Source of the DNA: an uncultured Gammaproteobacteria bacterium
GTDB lineage: Bacteria; Patescibacteriota; Microgenomatia; Levybacterales; GWA1-39-11
Direction: 5' to 3'
NCBI GenBank assembly: GCA_964596415.1
Contig: CAZQSX010000001.1
Location: 37,508-101,507, forward strand
Length of the DNA: 64,000 bases
A program made the position numbers and the translations under genes. Shown in pieces: positions 29,946 to 40,014 of the stretch (position 1 is its first letter; every line of letters starts with the position of its first letter). Below the pieces are notes generated by a model that saw only the letters and a program-made list of their open reading frames with translations, was not told where the DNA came from and made no database searches.

Positions 29946-31438
29946 ATTATTATTTGAGCCTGTTTTTTACCAGATATCCGAGAAAATCAATAAGACTTCT
30001 TGAATTAATCCCTCCTTTGACCGCCCTATTTCTTATTAGTATCCCGTTTTGGGGATCGTTTTTCTTTCCGGTAATTCTTGCTTACTTTATTATATTCTTT
30101 GATATTTGGTGGCTTTATAAGTCTGTAAATTTGGCAATTTGTTCATTTATTGCGTCTAGAAAAATAAAAATTGCTGAAAAAACAGACTGGATGGAGAAAG
30201 TAATGAGTTTGCCACAAAGTTTAAAAATACATCATATTATTATCATCCCTACCTATAAAGAATCGCTAAATAAGCTCATGGAGACCATAAATAGTATCCA
30301 GTCTCAGACATTTCCCAAAAAACAAATACATATTTATTTAGCAATGGAAGAGAGGGAGGCAGAGGCTTTTCAGAAAGCAAAAGAATTGATAAAGCATTAC
30401 AAAAATGTTTTTGGAACAATAACGGCAACATTCCATCCGGATTTACCAAATGAAGTAAAAGGAAAATCTTCGAACCAAGCATTTGCAAGTGTTAAAGCGT
30501 ATAAGGAGTTAGTTGAGGGGGGTCGCATTGATATAGATTATGCGACAATCTCATCTGTTGATGCTGATTCTATTTTTGATGAGCAATATTTTGCGCACGT
30601 AGCTTACACATTTCTTACTTGCAAGAATCCTCATCTCTCATTTTTTCAATCTGCAAATGTTTACTATAATAATTTTTGGAAAGTTCCAGCTGGAACTCGG
30701 GTTATTGCATTTTTTGGAAGCTTATTGAGGACTTCACTTCTCGTTCAGGGATTAAAACTTATTCCTAATTCAACATATACACTTTCCTTTAAGCTTTTGA
30801 AAAACATCGGATATTGGGATACAGATGTTATTCCAGAAGACTATCGGGTATTTTTTAAAGCATTTTTTATGAATGAAGGAAAGGTTTCAGTTGAGCCAAT
30901 TTTTCTTAAAACGTCTATGGATGCACCTCAATCTATGACGTATGTTGGAAGCCTTATGAATAAATATAACCAAGAAAGAAGATGGTCTTGGGGAATTTCA
31001 GATGATGCTGTGTTTCTAAGATGGTGGTTGACCGTAAAAAATGTTCCTTTTCTAAAAAAGACATATTTGGTTTCAAATGTTTTGCTAGATCATATTTTAT
31101 GGCCAGTAAACTGGTTTATTATTACCATTTCTGCAAATTTAGTCGTATTTTTGAATCCTGTTTTTTCAAGAACAAGTCTTGGATATACGCTTCCTCAACT
31201 TTCAGGGTTCATATTAACGGTATGTTTATTTACTCTTTTTATTATGATTTATGTTGATTTTGATCTTCGTTCAAATAAATACGCGAAACCTTCTAAAATG
31301 AAACAGTTTATGTTTCCTTTAGAATTTGTGCTTATGCCGATTGCTGGATTTTTACTTTCCACAATTCCAGCGCTTATGTCACACCTACAACTCATACGAG
31401 GAAAGAGGATGGAGTATAAAGTAACTGAAAAGGTCTAA
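29942..31438 (+). CDS. GT2 family membrane glycosyltransferase
   Basis: IPTYKE, GKSSN, DAD, IPED and QERRWSWG motifs. Confidence 0.88.
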   Translation: MNYYLSLFFTRYPRKSIRLLELIPPLTALFLISIPFWGSFFFPVILAYFIIFFDIWWLYKSVNLAICSFIASRKIKIAEKTDWMEKVMSLPQSLKIHHIIIIPTYKESLNKLMETINSIQSQTFPKKQIHIYLAMEEREAEAFQKAKELIKHYKNVFGTITATFHPDLPNEVKGKSSNQAFASVKAYKELVEGGRIDIDYATISSVDADSIFDEQYFAHVAYTFLTCKNPHLSFFQSANVYYNNFWKVPAGTRVIAFFGSLLRTSLLVQGLKLIPNSTYTLSFKLLKNIGYWDTDVIPEDYRVFFKAFFMNEGKVSVEPIFLKTSMDAPQSMTYVGSLMNKYNQERRWSWGISDDAVFLRWWLTVKNVPFLKKTYLVSNVLLDHILWPVNWFIITISANLVVFLNPVFSRTSLGYTLPQLSGFILTVCLFTLFIMIYVDFDLRSNKYAKPSKMKQFMFPLEFVLMPIAGFLLSTIPALMSHLQLIRGKRMEYKVTEKV

Positions 31439-31504
31439 CGACCATTTTTCTATAACTTTGCGTCTTGCCTTTGGCAAGTTTAAAAGTTGCCAATAAATTC
31501 TAGA

Positions 31505-33040
31505 ATGGAGTTATTAAAAAAAATTTATAAAAAAGAAGTAAAGCCTGACTATGATTATTTCTTTCTCATTGGGGTTGTATTTTTATTTATCCTTCTAAGG
31601 ATTCCATCCCTTGTTGAGCCAGATTGGTATGGTGATGAAGGAATATATCAGGTAATTGGACGAGCACTTAATTCGGGGAGAATGTTATATTCTGGGATCT
31701 GGGATAATAAGCCGCCGCTTTTATACGTTTTATACGCGTTTGTAAATGGAGATTTATTTTTAATTAGATTGTTGTCTCTTGTTTTCGGAGCGCTTTCAAT
31801 AATTGTGTTTTTCTTTGTTGCAAGAAATCTTTTTCAGAAAAGGGTTTCATTATTTTCTGCAACTTTTGCTTTTGGATTTTTGTTTGGGATACCTCTTCTG
31901 GAAGGAAATATTGCAAATGCAGAGAATTTCATGATTCTGCCAATTCTTCTTGCTTTGTATCTTTTAATAAAACTTAAAAAATCTTCGTCAGTTTTTCAGC
32001 CTGCCCTTATAGGGATACTTCTTTCAGTTGCATTTTTAACGAAGATAGTTGCGTTGTTTGATTTTATTGCATTTGTTTTTATTTTATTTACGTTACGTTT
32101 TTATGATTTAAGTTTTATTGATTTGAAGCATTTTCTTTCACGTCCAAAAGAGCTTATCAGGGTTATAAAGCTTGAAACGATTCTTGCGGTTGCATTTCTA
32201 ACCCCCATTTTTTTAACAGGTCTGTACTTTTTACTCGTAGGTAGTTTTCAAGATTTTTTTAGGGCAGCGTTCTCCCAAAATGTAGGATATGTAGGATACG
32301 CGAATTTATTACAGTTTAAGCTGGGAACCATGGACGTGTCTGTGCCGCAAGGGATTTTAATACTGAAAGTAATTGCTTTATTTATCGCAATAATACTTAC
32401 CATTCTGTTTAGAAGAAAACTTGGAAGGGCAGGAGTAGCAATATATCTTTGGATGTTATTTTCACTTTTTAATACGTTTTTTTCAGGAAGACCGTATACG
32501 CATTATATGTTAGTTTCCCTACCTGCTTTTTGTTTATTTTTTGGTTTATTATTTGAAAAAGCAGAAGTGCGATTAAAAGTGTTTCATGTTTTCATATTTA
32601 TTATTGTCTTACTTCTTTTGCGAAAAAACTTTTGGATGTATACAAAAATCACACCGTACTATGCAAATTATGTTGAATTTATGAATGGGCAAAGGTCTAT
32701 TACAACATATCAATCTTTTTTTGATAGAATAACACCTAGAGATTATGAGATAGCTCGATTTATTGAGATAAATACAAAACCAGAAGATGCAATATTTTTA
32801 GTTTCTGACAGTGGGCAAATTTATTTTCTCGCGGATAAGTTACCACCTGGACGTTATATAGTTGCATATCATATTTCATTTTATAAAGATGGAATTTTAG
32901 AAACTCAGAAAGCAATAGATGAAGCAAAACCAAAATATATAATTGTTACAAAAGATGGTGAGTTGAAAAATAATTTTTTATCAAATTATGAATTAAGATA
33001 TTTACTAAATTCAATCCAAATTTATGAGCGTGAGGAATAG
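31505..33040 (+). CDS. GT-C / ArnT-PMT family glycosyltransferase
   Basis: DEGIY, WDNKPP, NAENFM and YTHY motifs; many TMs. Confidence 0.85.
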   Translation: MELLKKIYKKEVKPDYDYFFLIGVVFLFILLRIPSLVEPDWYGDEGIYQVIGRALNSGRMLYSGIWDNKPPLLYVLYAFVNGDLFLIRLLSLVFGALSIIVFFFVARNLFQKRVSLFSATFAFGFLFGIPLLEGNIANAENFMILPILLALYLLIKLKKSSSVFQPALIGILLSVAFLTKIVALFDFIAFVFILFTLRFYDLSFIDLKHFLSRPKELIRVIKLETILAVAFLTPIFLTGLYFLLVGSFQDFFRAAFSQNVGYVGYANLLQFKLGTMDVSVPQGILILKVIALFIAIILTILFRRKLGRAGVAIYLWMLFSLFNTFFSGRPYTHYMLVSLPAFCLFFGLLFEKAEVRLKVFHVFIFIIVLLLLRKNFWMYTKITPYYANYVEFMNGQRSITTYQSFFDRITPRDYEIARFIEINTKPEDAIFLVSDSGQIYFLADKLPPGRYIVAYHISFYKDGILETQKAIDEAKPKYIIVTKDGELKNNFLSNYELRYLLNSIQIYEREE

Positions 33041-33377
33041 TTTTATAGTACGAGATAGTAGCATAAAATATCCATTTTTTTTATGTATTTTTTTTCTGAC
33101 AATTCAAGTAATACTTATAGCCATTTTTTACAGTAGTCTTCCGCCTCTTATTCCACTTTTTAATAGTTTACCTTGGGGGGGAAATAGATTAGCTCTTTCC
33201 CAGCTTATTTTTTTAGTTCCTGCAGTTTCTATTGTTGTTATCTTTTTAAATCTATATATAGCAAAACTTATTTACACAAAACATACGCTTGTTGCTAGAA
33301 TACTAACGGTAAACGGTTTCTTAGTCTCATTATTAGGTTTTTTTGCATTGGTACAGATTTTACTGCTTATATTTTAA
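33024..33377 (+). CDS. small 3-TM membrane protein
   Basis: LPPLIPLF..PWG motif with three hydrophobic helices. Confidence 0.7.
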   Translation: MSVRNSFIVRDSSIKYPFFLCIFFLTIQVILIAIFYSSLPPLIPLFNSLPWGGNRLALSQLIFLVPAVSIVVIFLNLYIAKLIYTKHTLVARILTVNGFLVSLLGFFALVQILLLIF

Positions 33378-33378
33378 T

Positions 33379-34428
33379 ATGAATTTTTTACAACCAAGTA
33401 TTATTTTTTTAGTACCGTTTATTTTGTGTATTATTTTTGTTCCGGTGGTAATCTCCTTTGCTAAAAAGTATGGATTACTCGATGACCCTAAAACACATAA
33501 GCATCCTGCAATAATTCATAAAAAACCAATCCCTCGGGCGGGGGGGTTACCAATTCTTATTGCGATTATAATTTCTTCACTGTTTTTTCTTCCCGCTTAC
33601 CCTCAGCTACTTATTATATATATGTGCTCTATTGGGGTAGTTATCGTAGGTTTACTTGATGATAAGTATGATATTTCTCCTTACTTTAGATTTTTTACAA
33701 ATATTTTATTCGCTGGAATAGTTGTTTTTGCAGCAGGGGTTACTATTCCTTACGTGACGAATCCTTTAGGGGGAATAGTGCACTTTACGGGTTTTGAGCT
33801 TTCAAAACTATTTGTTCCTCAGCTTTTTGCAATCATATGGATTGTATGGATTATGAACATGTTGAACTGGAGTAAAGGAGTTGACGGACAAATGCCTGGT
33901 ATAGCTGCTATTTCATCAATTATCATTGGTGTTGCAGCGTATAGATTTCCTGAAGTTACTGAGGCAAATATTATTGCAGGCAATTTATCTTTCATAGTTG
34001 CGGGTGCAGCTGCTGGTTTTTTGGTTTATAATTTTTATCCTGCTAAGATATTTCCCGGGTATTCAGCAACTATTCTTGGTTTTTTAATTGGAATTTTGTC
34101 AATTCTTTCAGGCGTTAAGCTCGCAACTGCACTTCTTGTTATGGGTGTTCCCGCAGTTGACGCTTTATTAACCGTCTCAAGAAGGCTACTTTCCAAGAGA
34201 TCTCCTTTCTGGCATGATAAAGGTCACTTGCACCATCTATTACTTGATGCAGGAATGTCTCAAAAACAAATTGCCATATCATACTGGATCATGTCTCTTA
34301 TTTTAGGACTTATAGCATTAAACCTTTCAAGTAAAGGAAAATTATTTGCTATAATTTTGTTACTAGTGATAGTTGGTGGGGTAATCATTACGCTTAAGTA
34401 TATTTTAAAAAAAAATAAAACTGCATGA
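33379..34428 (+). CDS. WecA/TagO-type undecaprenyl-phosphate GlcNAc-1-P transferase (MraY family)
   Basis: PRAGG, GLLDDKY, NWSKGVDG, NFYPAKIF and DKGHLHH motifs. Confidence 0.9.
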   Translation: MNFLQPSIIFLVPFILCIIFVPVVISFAKKYGLLDDPKTHKHPAIIHKKPIPRAGGLPILIAIIISSLFFLPAYPQLLIIYMCSIGVVIVGLLDDKYDISPYFRFFTNILFAGIVVFAAGVTIPYVTNPLGGIVHFTGFELSKLFVPQLFAIIWIVWIMNMLNWSKGVDGQMPGIAAISSIIIGVAAYRFPEVTEANIIAGNLSFIVAGAAAGFLVYNFYPAKIFPGYSATILGFLIGILSILSGVKLATALLVMGVPAVDALLTVSRRLLSKRSPFWHDKGHLHHLLLDAGMSQKQIAISYWIMSLILGLIALNLSSKGKLFAIILLLVIVGGVIITLKYILKKNKTA

Positions 34429-35366
34429 GAAATACAATTTTTTTCTATTATTTTAAATTATTAAGACCAAGGCAGTGGCTAAAGAATTTTGCACTTTTTG
34501 CAGCTCCTATGTTTGGTGGTCAGTTGTTTTTACCTGAAGTAATGATTCCGATTGTTTGGGGCTTTATTGCTTTTTGTTTACTCTCATCTGCAACATATGT
34601 TATTAATGATTTACTAGACATTGAAAAAGATAAACTACATCCATTCAAAAAAAATAGACCCATTGCAGCTGGGGTTATTTCTCCTCGGGCAGGGATTATA
34701 TATTTTGTGTTTTTGATTTCTACATCTCTGTATATTTCATTTCACACGTCAATTCTGTTTTTCTTAATTGCCGTTTTGTATCTTATTTTGCAACTTTCAT
34801 ATTCACTTATCTTTAAAAATATTGTAATCTTTGACATTCTAATTATTGCTTCTGGATATTTTTTACGTGTGTATGCTGGCGAAATTCTTTCAGGGTACCA
34901 TATATCTATTTGGCTTCTCTTAACAACCGTGTCTATTTCGCTCTTTTTGGCGGTAGGTAAAAGAAGATCAGAGTTAACGCTTTTAAAAGATAAAACAGGA
35001 AGCCATTTGGCAGCGGTGAGAAAAAGTTTATCTCATTATTCTGAGCATTTGCTTGATGCGTATTCTATGATGTTTGCTGCTTCAACGCTTATTTTCTATG
35101 CACTTTTTACTTTTCAGGAATCTTCCAGAGGAATTCAGGCCCCTGAGATTTTTCTTCCAGAATTTCTACCGGATTACTTTCAGCGTAAATGGTTGATGGT
35201 TACAACTTTTCCTGTGATTTACGGAGTTATGAGATATCTTCAGGATATTTATGAAAAGTCTGAGGGTGAAAGTCCTGAGCGAGTACTTCTTTCAGATAAA
35301 GCTTTATTATCAGCTGTTATTATGTGGGGGCTTCTTGTTATATTTGTTATTTACGTTATTGGTTAG
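34425..35366 (+). CDS. UbiA family prenyltransferase (decaprenyl-phosphate phosphoribosyltransferase-like)
   Basis: LRPRQWLKN, NDLLDIEKDKLHPFKKNRPIAAG and GKRRSE motifs. Confidence 0.88.
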   Translation: MRNTIFFYYFKLLRPRQWLKNFALFAAPMFGGQLFLPEVMIPIVWGFIAFCLLSSATYVINDLLDIEKDKLHPFKKNRPIAAGVISPRAGIIYFVFLISTSLYISFHTSILFFLIAVLYLILQLSYSLIFKNIVIFDILIIASGYFLRVYAGEILSGYHISIWLLLTTVSISLFLAVGKRRSELTLLKDKTGSHLAAVRKSLSHYSEHLLDAYSMMFAASTLIFYALFTFQESSRGIQAPEIFLPEFLPDYFQRKWLMVTTFPVIYGVMRYLQDIYEKSEGESPERVLLSDKALLSAVIMWGLLVIFVIYVIG

Positions 35367-36201
35367 AAAGCTTTGTATAATCTTCACTTACCCAACCTTG
35401 CTTACCTTCTGCTAGTTGTATTTGATACCATCCATCTTGCTCATTCACATAGGGAAAAATTTCTCCGGGTTTAACTTGGCTTACTTCTGAGAAGTTAACA
35501 CTTGGTCCGCTTCTTACCCGAAGGAATCCAACAGGCGTTGAGAGAATGGTCACTGTTTGTGAGTCTGGAGTGGGTGTGGGGGTTGGTGGTTCTTGTCCAG
35601 GAAGATTTTCTGTTTCAGTGGGTACGGTGCCAAGTACCGCTTCAACGATCAATTTATATCCAGGGACGGTTCTAACAAGAATTGTTTTTTTACCATACCC
35701 TCCTTTTTGAAGCTCAACTTCATGTTCAGATGTTGTTATATCAGTTATTGTTTTTGGAGTTACCCCAACGTCATCTCCGTCAAGTGTTATAAGAGAACCG
35801 TCTGGAATTGAGGTAACAAATAATTCTGTTTTTTGTCCTTTTATCTTTTCTAGATATAAGACATATGATGAGGCATATGATCCAGGAAGAAAAGTTCTGT
35901 CAACAGCTGTGAGTACTCCGTTTAGAATCTTAACTTTTGTGGAATAGGTTTCTGATCCGTCATCAGGAATAAGTTGAAGCGTATAGAGACCAGCGTTTAT
36001 GGTATCTTGTGGGTCGCATAGACAAAGAGGTGTGTTTCCGATTGCTTTTCCGTTTAGAACTACTTTTGCTCTTACATTGCTATCTACTTTTAATGCTCCT
36101 TTTCCTTTTGGTAAAAACCGGTCTATTAATTGGAAGAGAAGAAAAAATCCGATAAAAATAAGAATTATTGCGAAAAATGAAAACAAGCGTTTTTTCTTCA
36201 T
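35356..36201 (-). CDS. membrane-anchored PEGA + SH3b domain protein
   Basis: N-terminal TM; IGNTP and VGVTP PEGA repeats; LRVRSGPS...GWYQI...GWVS (SH3b). Confidence 0.85.
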   Translation of the reverse strand: MKKKRLFSFFAIILIFIGFFLLFQLIDRFLPKGKGALKVDSNVRAKVVLNGKAIGNTPLCLCDPQDTINAGLYTLQLIPDDGSETYSTKVKILNGVLTAVDRTFLPGSYASSYVLYLEKIKGQKTELFVTSIPDGSLITLDGDDVGVTPKTITDITTSEHEVELQKGGYGKKTILVRTVPGYKLIVEAVLGTVPTETENLPGQEPPTPTPTPDSQTVTILSTPVGFLRVRSGPSVNFSEVSQVKPGEIFPYVNEQDGWYQIQLAEGKQGWVSEDYTKLSNQ

Positions 36202-36380
36202 AAAACAGTATGATTTATAATACCAGAGGAAAAGTGACGAGACAAGTAAAGATAAACTATATGATATTGACCCCACCAACTTACTTCTCGCCTTTTTAAT
36301 TCTATCTAAAAGAACGAGTACTCGAGTATTCGAATACGGCTCAAAGAGCGTTTATGGAGGGGTCTGCGACCTTTCAGGTA

Positions 36381-36415
36381 TTGACAAATTAGCAGTTAAT
36401 ATGCTAGACTGCTAA
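36381..36415 (+). promoter_or_regulatory. hsp20 promoter with CIRCE operator
   Basis: TTGACA at 36381; TTAGCAGTT-N9-GACTGCTAA at 36389..36415 overlaps the -10 TAGACT. Confidence 0.85.
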
Positions 36416-36587
36416 TGTATAAATTCTTAAGTATGAAGAGCAAAGGAGGTGAAAAAGAAACTACAAGTATATACCGCTAACTCTTGGTGCATCCCTCGGA
36501 TATAACCTCGGGATTTACCAGAGACTCTCGGTATAGTTTCATAAACGAATACAAATTAGATATATTCTAATGTAGTTTATTTCAATT

Positions 36588-37022
36588 ATGGCAATTATAA
36601 GATGGAATCCTTGGAATATAGATCGCTTCTTTGAAGACGATTTTGACATGCCGACCATTCCTGGTGTATCTAGGCTTATGGGTCAAGGTCTTAATATCTA
36701 TGAAACAGAAAGTGCAGTAGTTGCAGAAGCAGCACTTCCTGGAATACAGGAGGATAAAGTAGACGTGACTTTCGAAGATGGAGTGGTTCGAGTAAGTGCA
36801 TCAATGGAAGATAATAAGGAAGAAAAAGATAAAAGACGATATTTTATGTCTTCTATGTCTACTTCCTTCAACTATTCATTTAAGGTTCCAACAGGGATTG
36901 TTCAGGATAAGGAACCAGAGGCAGAGCTGGAAGATGGTGTTCTGAAACTTACATTCAAAAAGATTGAAAAGAAAGAACCCAAGAAAATTAAAGTTACTAA
37001 AAAAGCAAAAGTTTTAAAATAG
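36588..37022 (+). CDS. Hsp20 / alpha-crystallin small heat-shock protein
   Basis: IIRWNP, AALPGI and AELEDGVLKLTF motifs. Confidence 0.92.
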   Translation: MAIIRWNPWNIDRFFEDDFDMPTIPGVSRLMGQGLNIYETESAVVAEAALPGIQEDKVDVTFEDGVVRVSASMEDNKEEKDKRRYFMSSMSTSFNYSFKVPTGIVQDKEPEAELEDGVLKLTFKKIEKKEPKKIKVTKKAKVLK

Positions 37023-37044
37023 TAACTTGATTTTAATAACTTCG

Positions 37045-37074
37045 AAAGCCTCCGAGATTATCGGGGGCTTTTTT
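37045..37074 (+). terminator. intrinsic terminator after hsp20 (possibly bidirectional)
   Basis: aaagcctccga-gatta-tcgggggcttttt. Confidence 0.8.
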
Positions 37075-38496
37075 CTAGGAAAGCCTGGGGAATACTGGAT
37101 CAGAAGATACAATTTTTTCTGCAGTGAATTGGTTGAGTATTTTTTCAGCGGTTGTTGGTAGAAATGGTTGCAGATTATACGCAATGTGAATAATCTGATC
37201 AACCAATTTCACAAGGATTTGTTTTAATTCTTCATTTTCTTTCTCCCAGGGTTTTTGTTCATTTATTGAAACATCAGCATTTTTTATTTCACTCCAAATG
37301 TGTTCTAGTCCGCGGCTAAAATCATAAAGATCAAGTTGTTCTTTTAATTTTGAGTCAAGTTTTTCCGGCACACTTCCTCCTTGAAGTTCTACTTTTTCAC
37401 AAAGTTTTGCAATCCTTGAACACAAGTTTCCAAGCCCGTTTGCAAGATCTGAATTGTATACTTCGCGCAGTCTTTGTTCTGAAAAATCACCATCTCCGGT
37501 TGCAGGAATTTGGGACAGAAAATAATAGCGCAGTGCATCTACTCCGTATTTTTGGATCAGTGCGTTAGGATCAACTACATTTCCTAGAGTCTTTGACATT
37601 TTCTGACCATCTACCGTGAAGTATCCATGTACAAAAATTTCTTTTGGTAATTTTAGTCCAGCAGATAGTAAAAACGCTGGCCAATATACAGCGTGAAATC
37701 TGATAATGCCTTTTCCAATAACATGTACATCTGCCGGCCACCATTTGTTATATTCTTCTTCATTCGTTGCAAACCCAATTCCTGATTGGTAAATGTTGAG
37801 TGCGTCAAACCACACATACATTTTTTGGCTGTCATCTCCTGGAACTGGTACTCCCCAATTTTTTGCGCGAGCGTTTGTTCTGCTGATACTGATATCTTGA
37901 AGTCCTGTTTTTACAAATGATAAAACTTCATTTTTTCTTGACTCAGGAATAATCTTAATTACGTCGTTACTAAGAAGATCTTCAATTTGAGTTTGGTATT
38001 TTGATAATTTAAAAAAGTAATTTTCCTCCGTTACTTCTTCCAGCTTTCTTCCCGGGTGCTCAAAACATTCTCCTTTTTCATTTAGCTCTTCTTTTTCATA
38101 GAAAAGTTCACAACCCACGCAGTAAAGCCCTGAATAAGATTTTTTATAAATATCCCCAGCAGCACTACATAGTTCCCAAAGCTTTTGTGAAGACTTATGA
38201 TGCATTTCACTTGATCCTTTTTGAAACACATCAAACTTAACATTTAAATTTTTTGAGAGCTGTTCAAAAAGTTCTGTGTTTTTGTCTATAAATTCCTGAA
38301 TGGGTATTCCTTCTTTTTCAGCAGCCTGAACATTCTTCATTGCATTTTCATCCCCACCACATAGCAGTAGCACATCATCCCCTAATAATTTGCGATACCT
38401 TCGCACAGTGTCTGACTGCACAAATTCTAGCGCATGCCCTACGTGAGGTTTTGCGTTTACATACGGAATAGCATTTGTTATATAAAACTTATTCAT
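37075..38496 (-). CDS. metG: methionyl-tRNA synthetase (short form)
   Basis: PYVNAKPHVGH, YCVGCE, YVWFDAL and KMSKT motifs; ATG 38496 lies 6 nt after TACAAT. Confidence 0.95.
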   Translation of the reverse strand: MNKFYITNAIPYVNAKPHVGHALEFVQSDTVRRYRKLLGDDVLLLCGGDENAMKNVQAAEKEGIPIQEFIDKNTELFEQLSKNLNVKFDVFQKGSSEMHHKSSQKLWELCSAAGDIYKKSYSGLYCVGCELFYEKEELNEKGECFEHPGRKLEEVTEENYFFKLSKYQTQIEDLLSNDVIKIIPESRKNEVLSFVKTGLQDISISRTNARAKNWGVPVPGDDSQKMYVWFDALNIYQSGIGFATNEEEYNKWWPADVHVIGKGIIRFHAVYWPAFLLSAGLKLPKEIFVHGYFTVDGQKMSKTLGNVVDPNALIQKYGVDALRYYFLSQIPATGDGDFSEQRLREVYNSDLANGLGNLCSRIAKLCEKVELQGGSVPEKLDSKLKEQLDLYDFSRGLEHIWSEIKNADVSINEQKPWEKENEELKQILVKLVDQIIHIAYNLQPFLPTTAEKILNQFTAEKIVSSDPVFPRLS

Positions 38497-38533
38497 GCAT
38501 GAATTGTACCAAGAGGAGGCTAAAATGACAATC

Positions 38534-38857
38534 CTAAGATCTTTTTTTAAGACCAATATCCAGTATGAGAACAATAAGAAGAAGAACAGTAATATAAAAA
38601 ACATTTGCATACCCTGTTATTTGAAGGATTAACAGTGCAGAAGTAAAAAATCCGATGAGTATTCCTCGTCTTATATTTAAAAACACATAACTTGACAGCG
38701 CAAAACAGGTAAGAAAAATAAAAAGAAAGAAGATAATGACTGGGGACACACCGTAAAAAGATTTTTCAGGGTCTACAAAGTAAAAAGTAAGTGCAACACA
38801 GATGAAAGATGCAACTGTGAGCAGTAGATATGGTAAAAACTCTTTTCTTTTTTTCAT
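38534..38857 (-). CDS. small 4-TM membrane protein
   Basis: Hydrophobic helices start at MKKRKEF; the upstream part of the track ORF is antisense to pyrD. Confidence 0.7.
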   Translation of the reverse strand: MKKRKEFLPYLLLTVASFICVALTFYFVDPEKSFYGVSPVIIFFLFIFLTCFALSSYVFLNIRRGILIGFFTSALLILQITGYANVFYITVLLLIVLILDIGLKKRS

Positions 38858-38922
38858 ACATCTTAGCGTAGCAGAAATTTTCTTAAATTGAAAAGAATTA
38901 TGTCTTGTGATATTATTCGGAT

Positions 38923-40014
38923 ATGTCAAGTGAGGTTCCATTTTATGACCCGGGTCAAAGTTATGAAGACAATTATGAAAATGGTCCTTTTGGTTCTTTT
39001 TCTGATGGTCGAAAAATTGAAGATCCTCTTCGTCCACCACAGCATGAGTTTATGGGACACAAGGTAAATCTTCCTTTTGGAATTCCTGCAGGTCCACTTC
39101 TCAATAGTAATTATATTAAGGCAGCTTTTGAAAAAGGGTTTGATGTTGCGGTATATAAAACAGTACGAGCTGGGGAGTTTCCATGTCATCCTTTTCCAAA
39201 TGTTTTAGGGGTACATCTAGATGGTGATTTAACTATGCAGCGAGCGAACGAACCAATTTTTGCAGATACAAATTATACAAACCCAATATCTATTACAAAT
39301 TCTTTTGGCGTTCCGTCTAAAGATCCCTCAGTTTGGCAGGAGGATGCAAGACGGGCTATGAGTTTTGCAGGTGAAGGGCAGGTAATGGTACTAAGTTTTA
39401 TGGGAACTGTAAAACCAAATCAAACAGCAGAAGAATTTGTTCAGGATTTTGTACGAACAGCAGAACTATCAAAAGAAACAGGCGCAAGAATTCTCGAAGG
39501 GAATTTATCTTGTCCCAATATCGGTAATGAAGGCTTGGTTTGTTATAACTTGGACATGACTGAAAGGGTTACGCATGCGACTCGAGATAAAGTTGGGGAC
39601 ATTCCACTTATTTGGAAAGTGGGTTATTTTGAGTCTGATGCTGATCTTAAAAGGCTTGCGAAAATTATGCATGATACACACTCTGGAATTTCAGTTATTA
39701 ATACGATTCCTGCAACGATTGTTGACATAAATGGAAATCAAGCGCTTCCTGGAAGCCCAGCCAGACTTAAAAGTGGTGTCTGTGGCTCTGTTATTAAATG
39801 GGCGGGAATGGATATGGTAAAAAGGCTTGATAGAATTAGAAAAGAAGATGGGTATGAATTTTCAATAGACGGAGTTGGTGGAGTAACAACTGTTCAAGAT
39901 TATTTTGATTATAAAGAGGCAGGGGCTGATGCGGTTTTCTCAGCAACGGGAGCAATGTGGCATCCGAATCTTGCGCTTGGAATAAAAAGAGAAGTTAAAA
40001 AAAGAGCAGCTTAA
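38923..40014 (+). CDS. pyrD: dihydroorotate dehydrogenase family flavoprotein
   Basis: GIPAGPL, KTVR, NSFG, NLSCPN, NT and GVGGV motifs; converges on the pyr operon. Confidence 0.75.
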   Translation: MSSEVPFYDPGQSYEDNYENGPFGSFSDGRKIEDPLRPPQHEFMGHKVNLPFGIPAGPLLNSNYIKAAFEKGFDVAVYKTVRAGEFPCHPFPNVLGVHLDGDLTMQRANEPIFADTNYTNPISITNSFGVPSKDPSVWQEDARRAMSFAGEGQVMVLSFMGTVKPNQTAEEFVQDFVRTAELSKETGARILEGNLSCPNIGNEGLVCYNLDMTERVTHATRDKVGDIPLIWKVGYFESDADLKRLAKIMHDTHSGISVINTIPATIVDINGNQALPGSPARLKSGVCGSVIKWAGMDMVKRLDRIRKEDGYEFSIDGVGGVTTVQDYFDYKEAGADAVFSATGAMWHPNLALGIKREVKKRAA

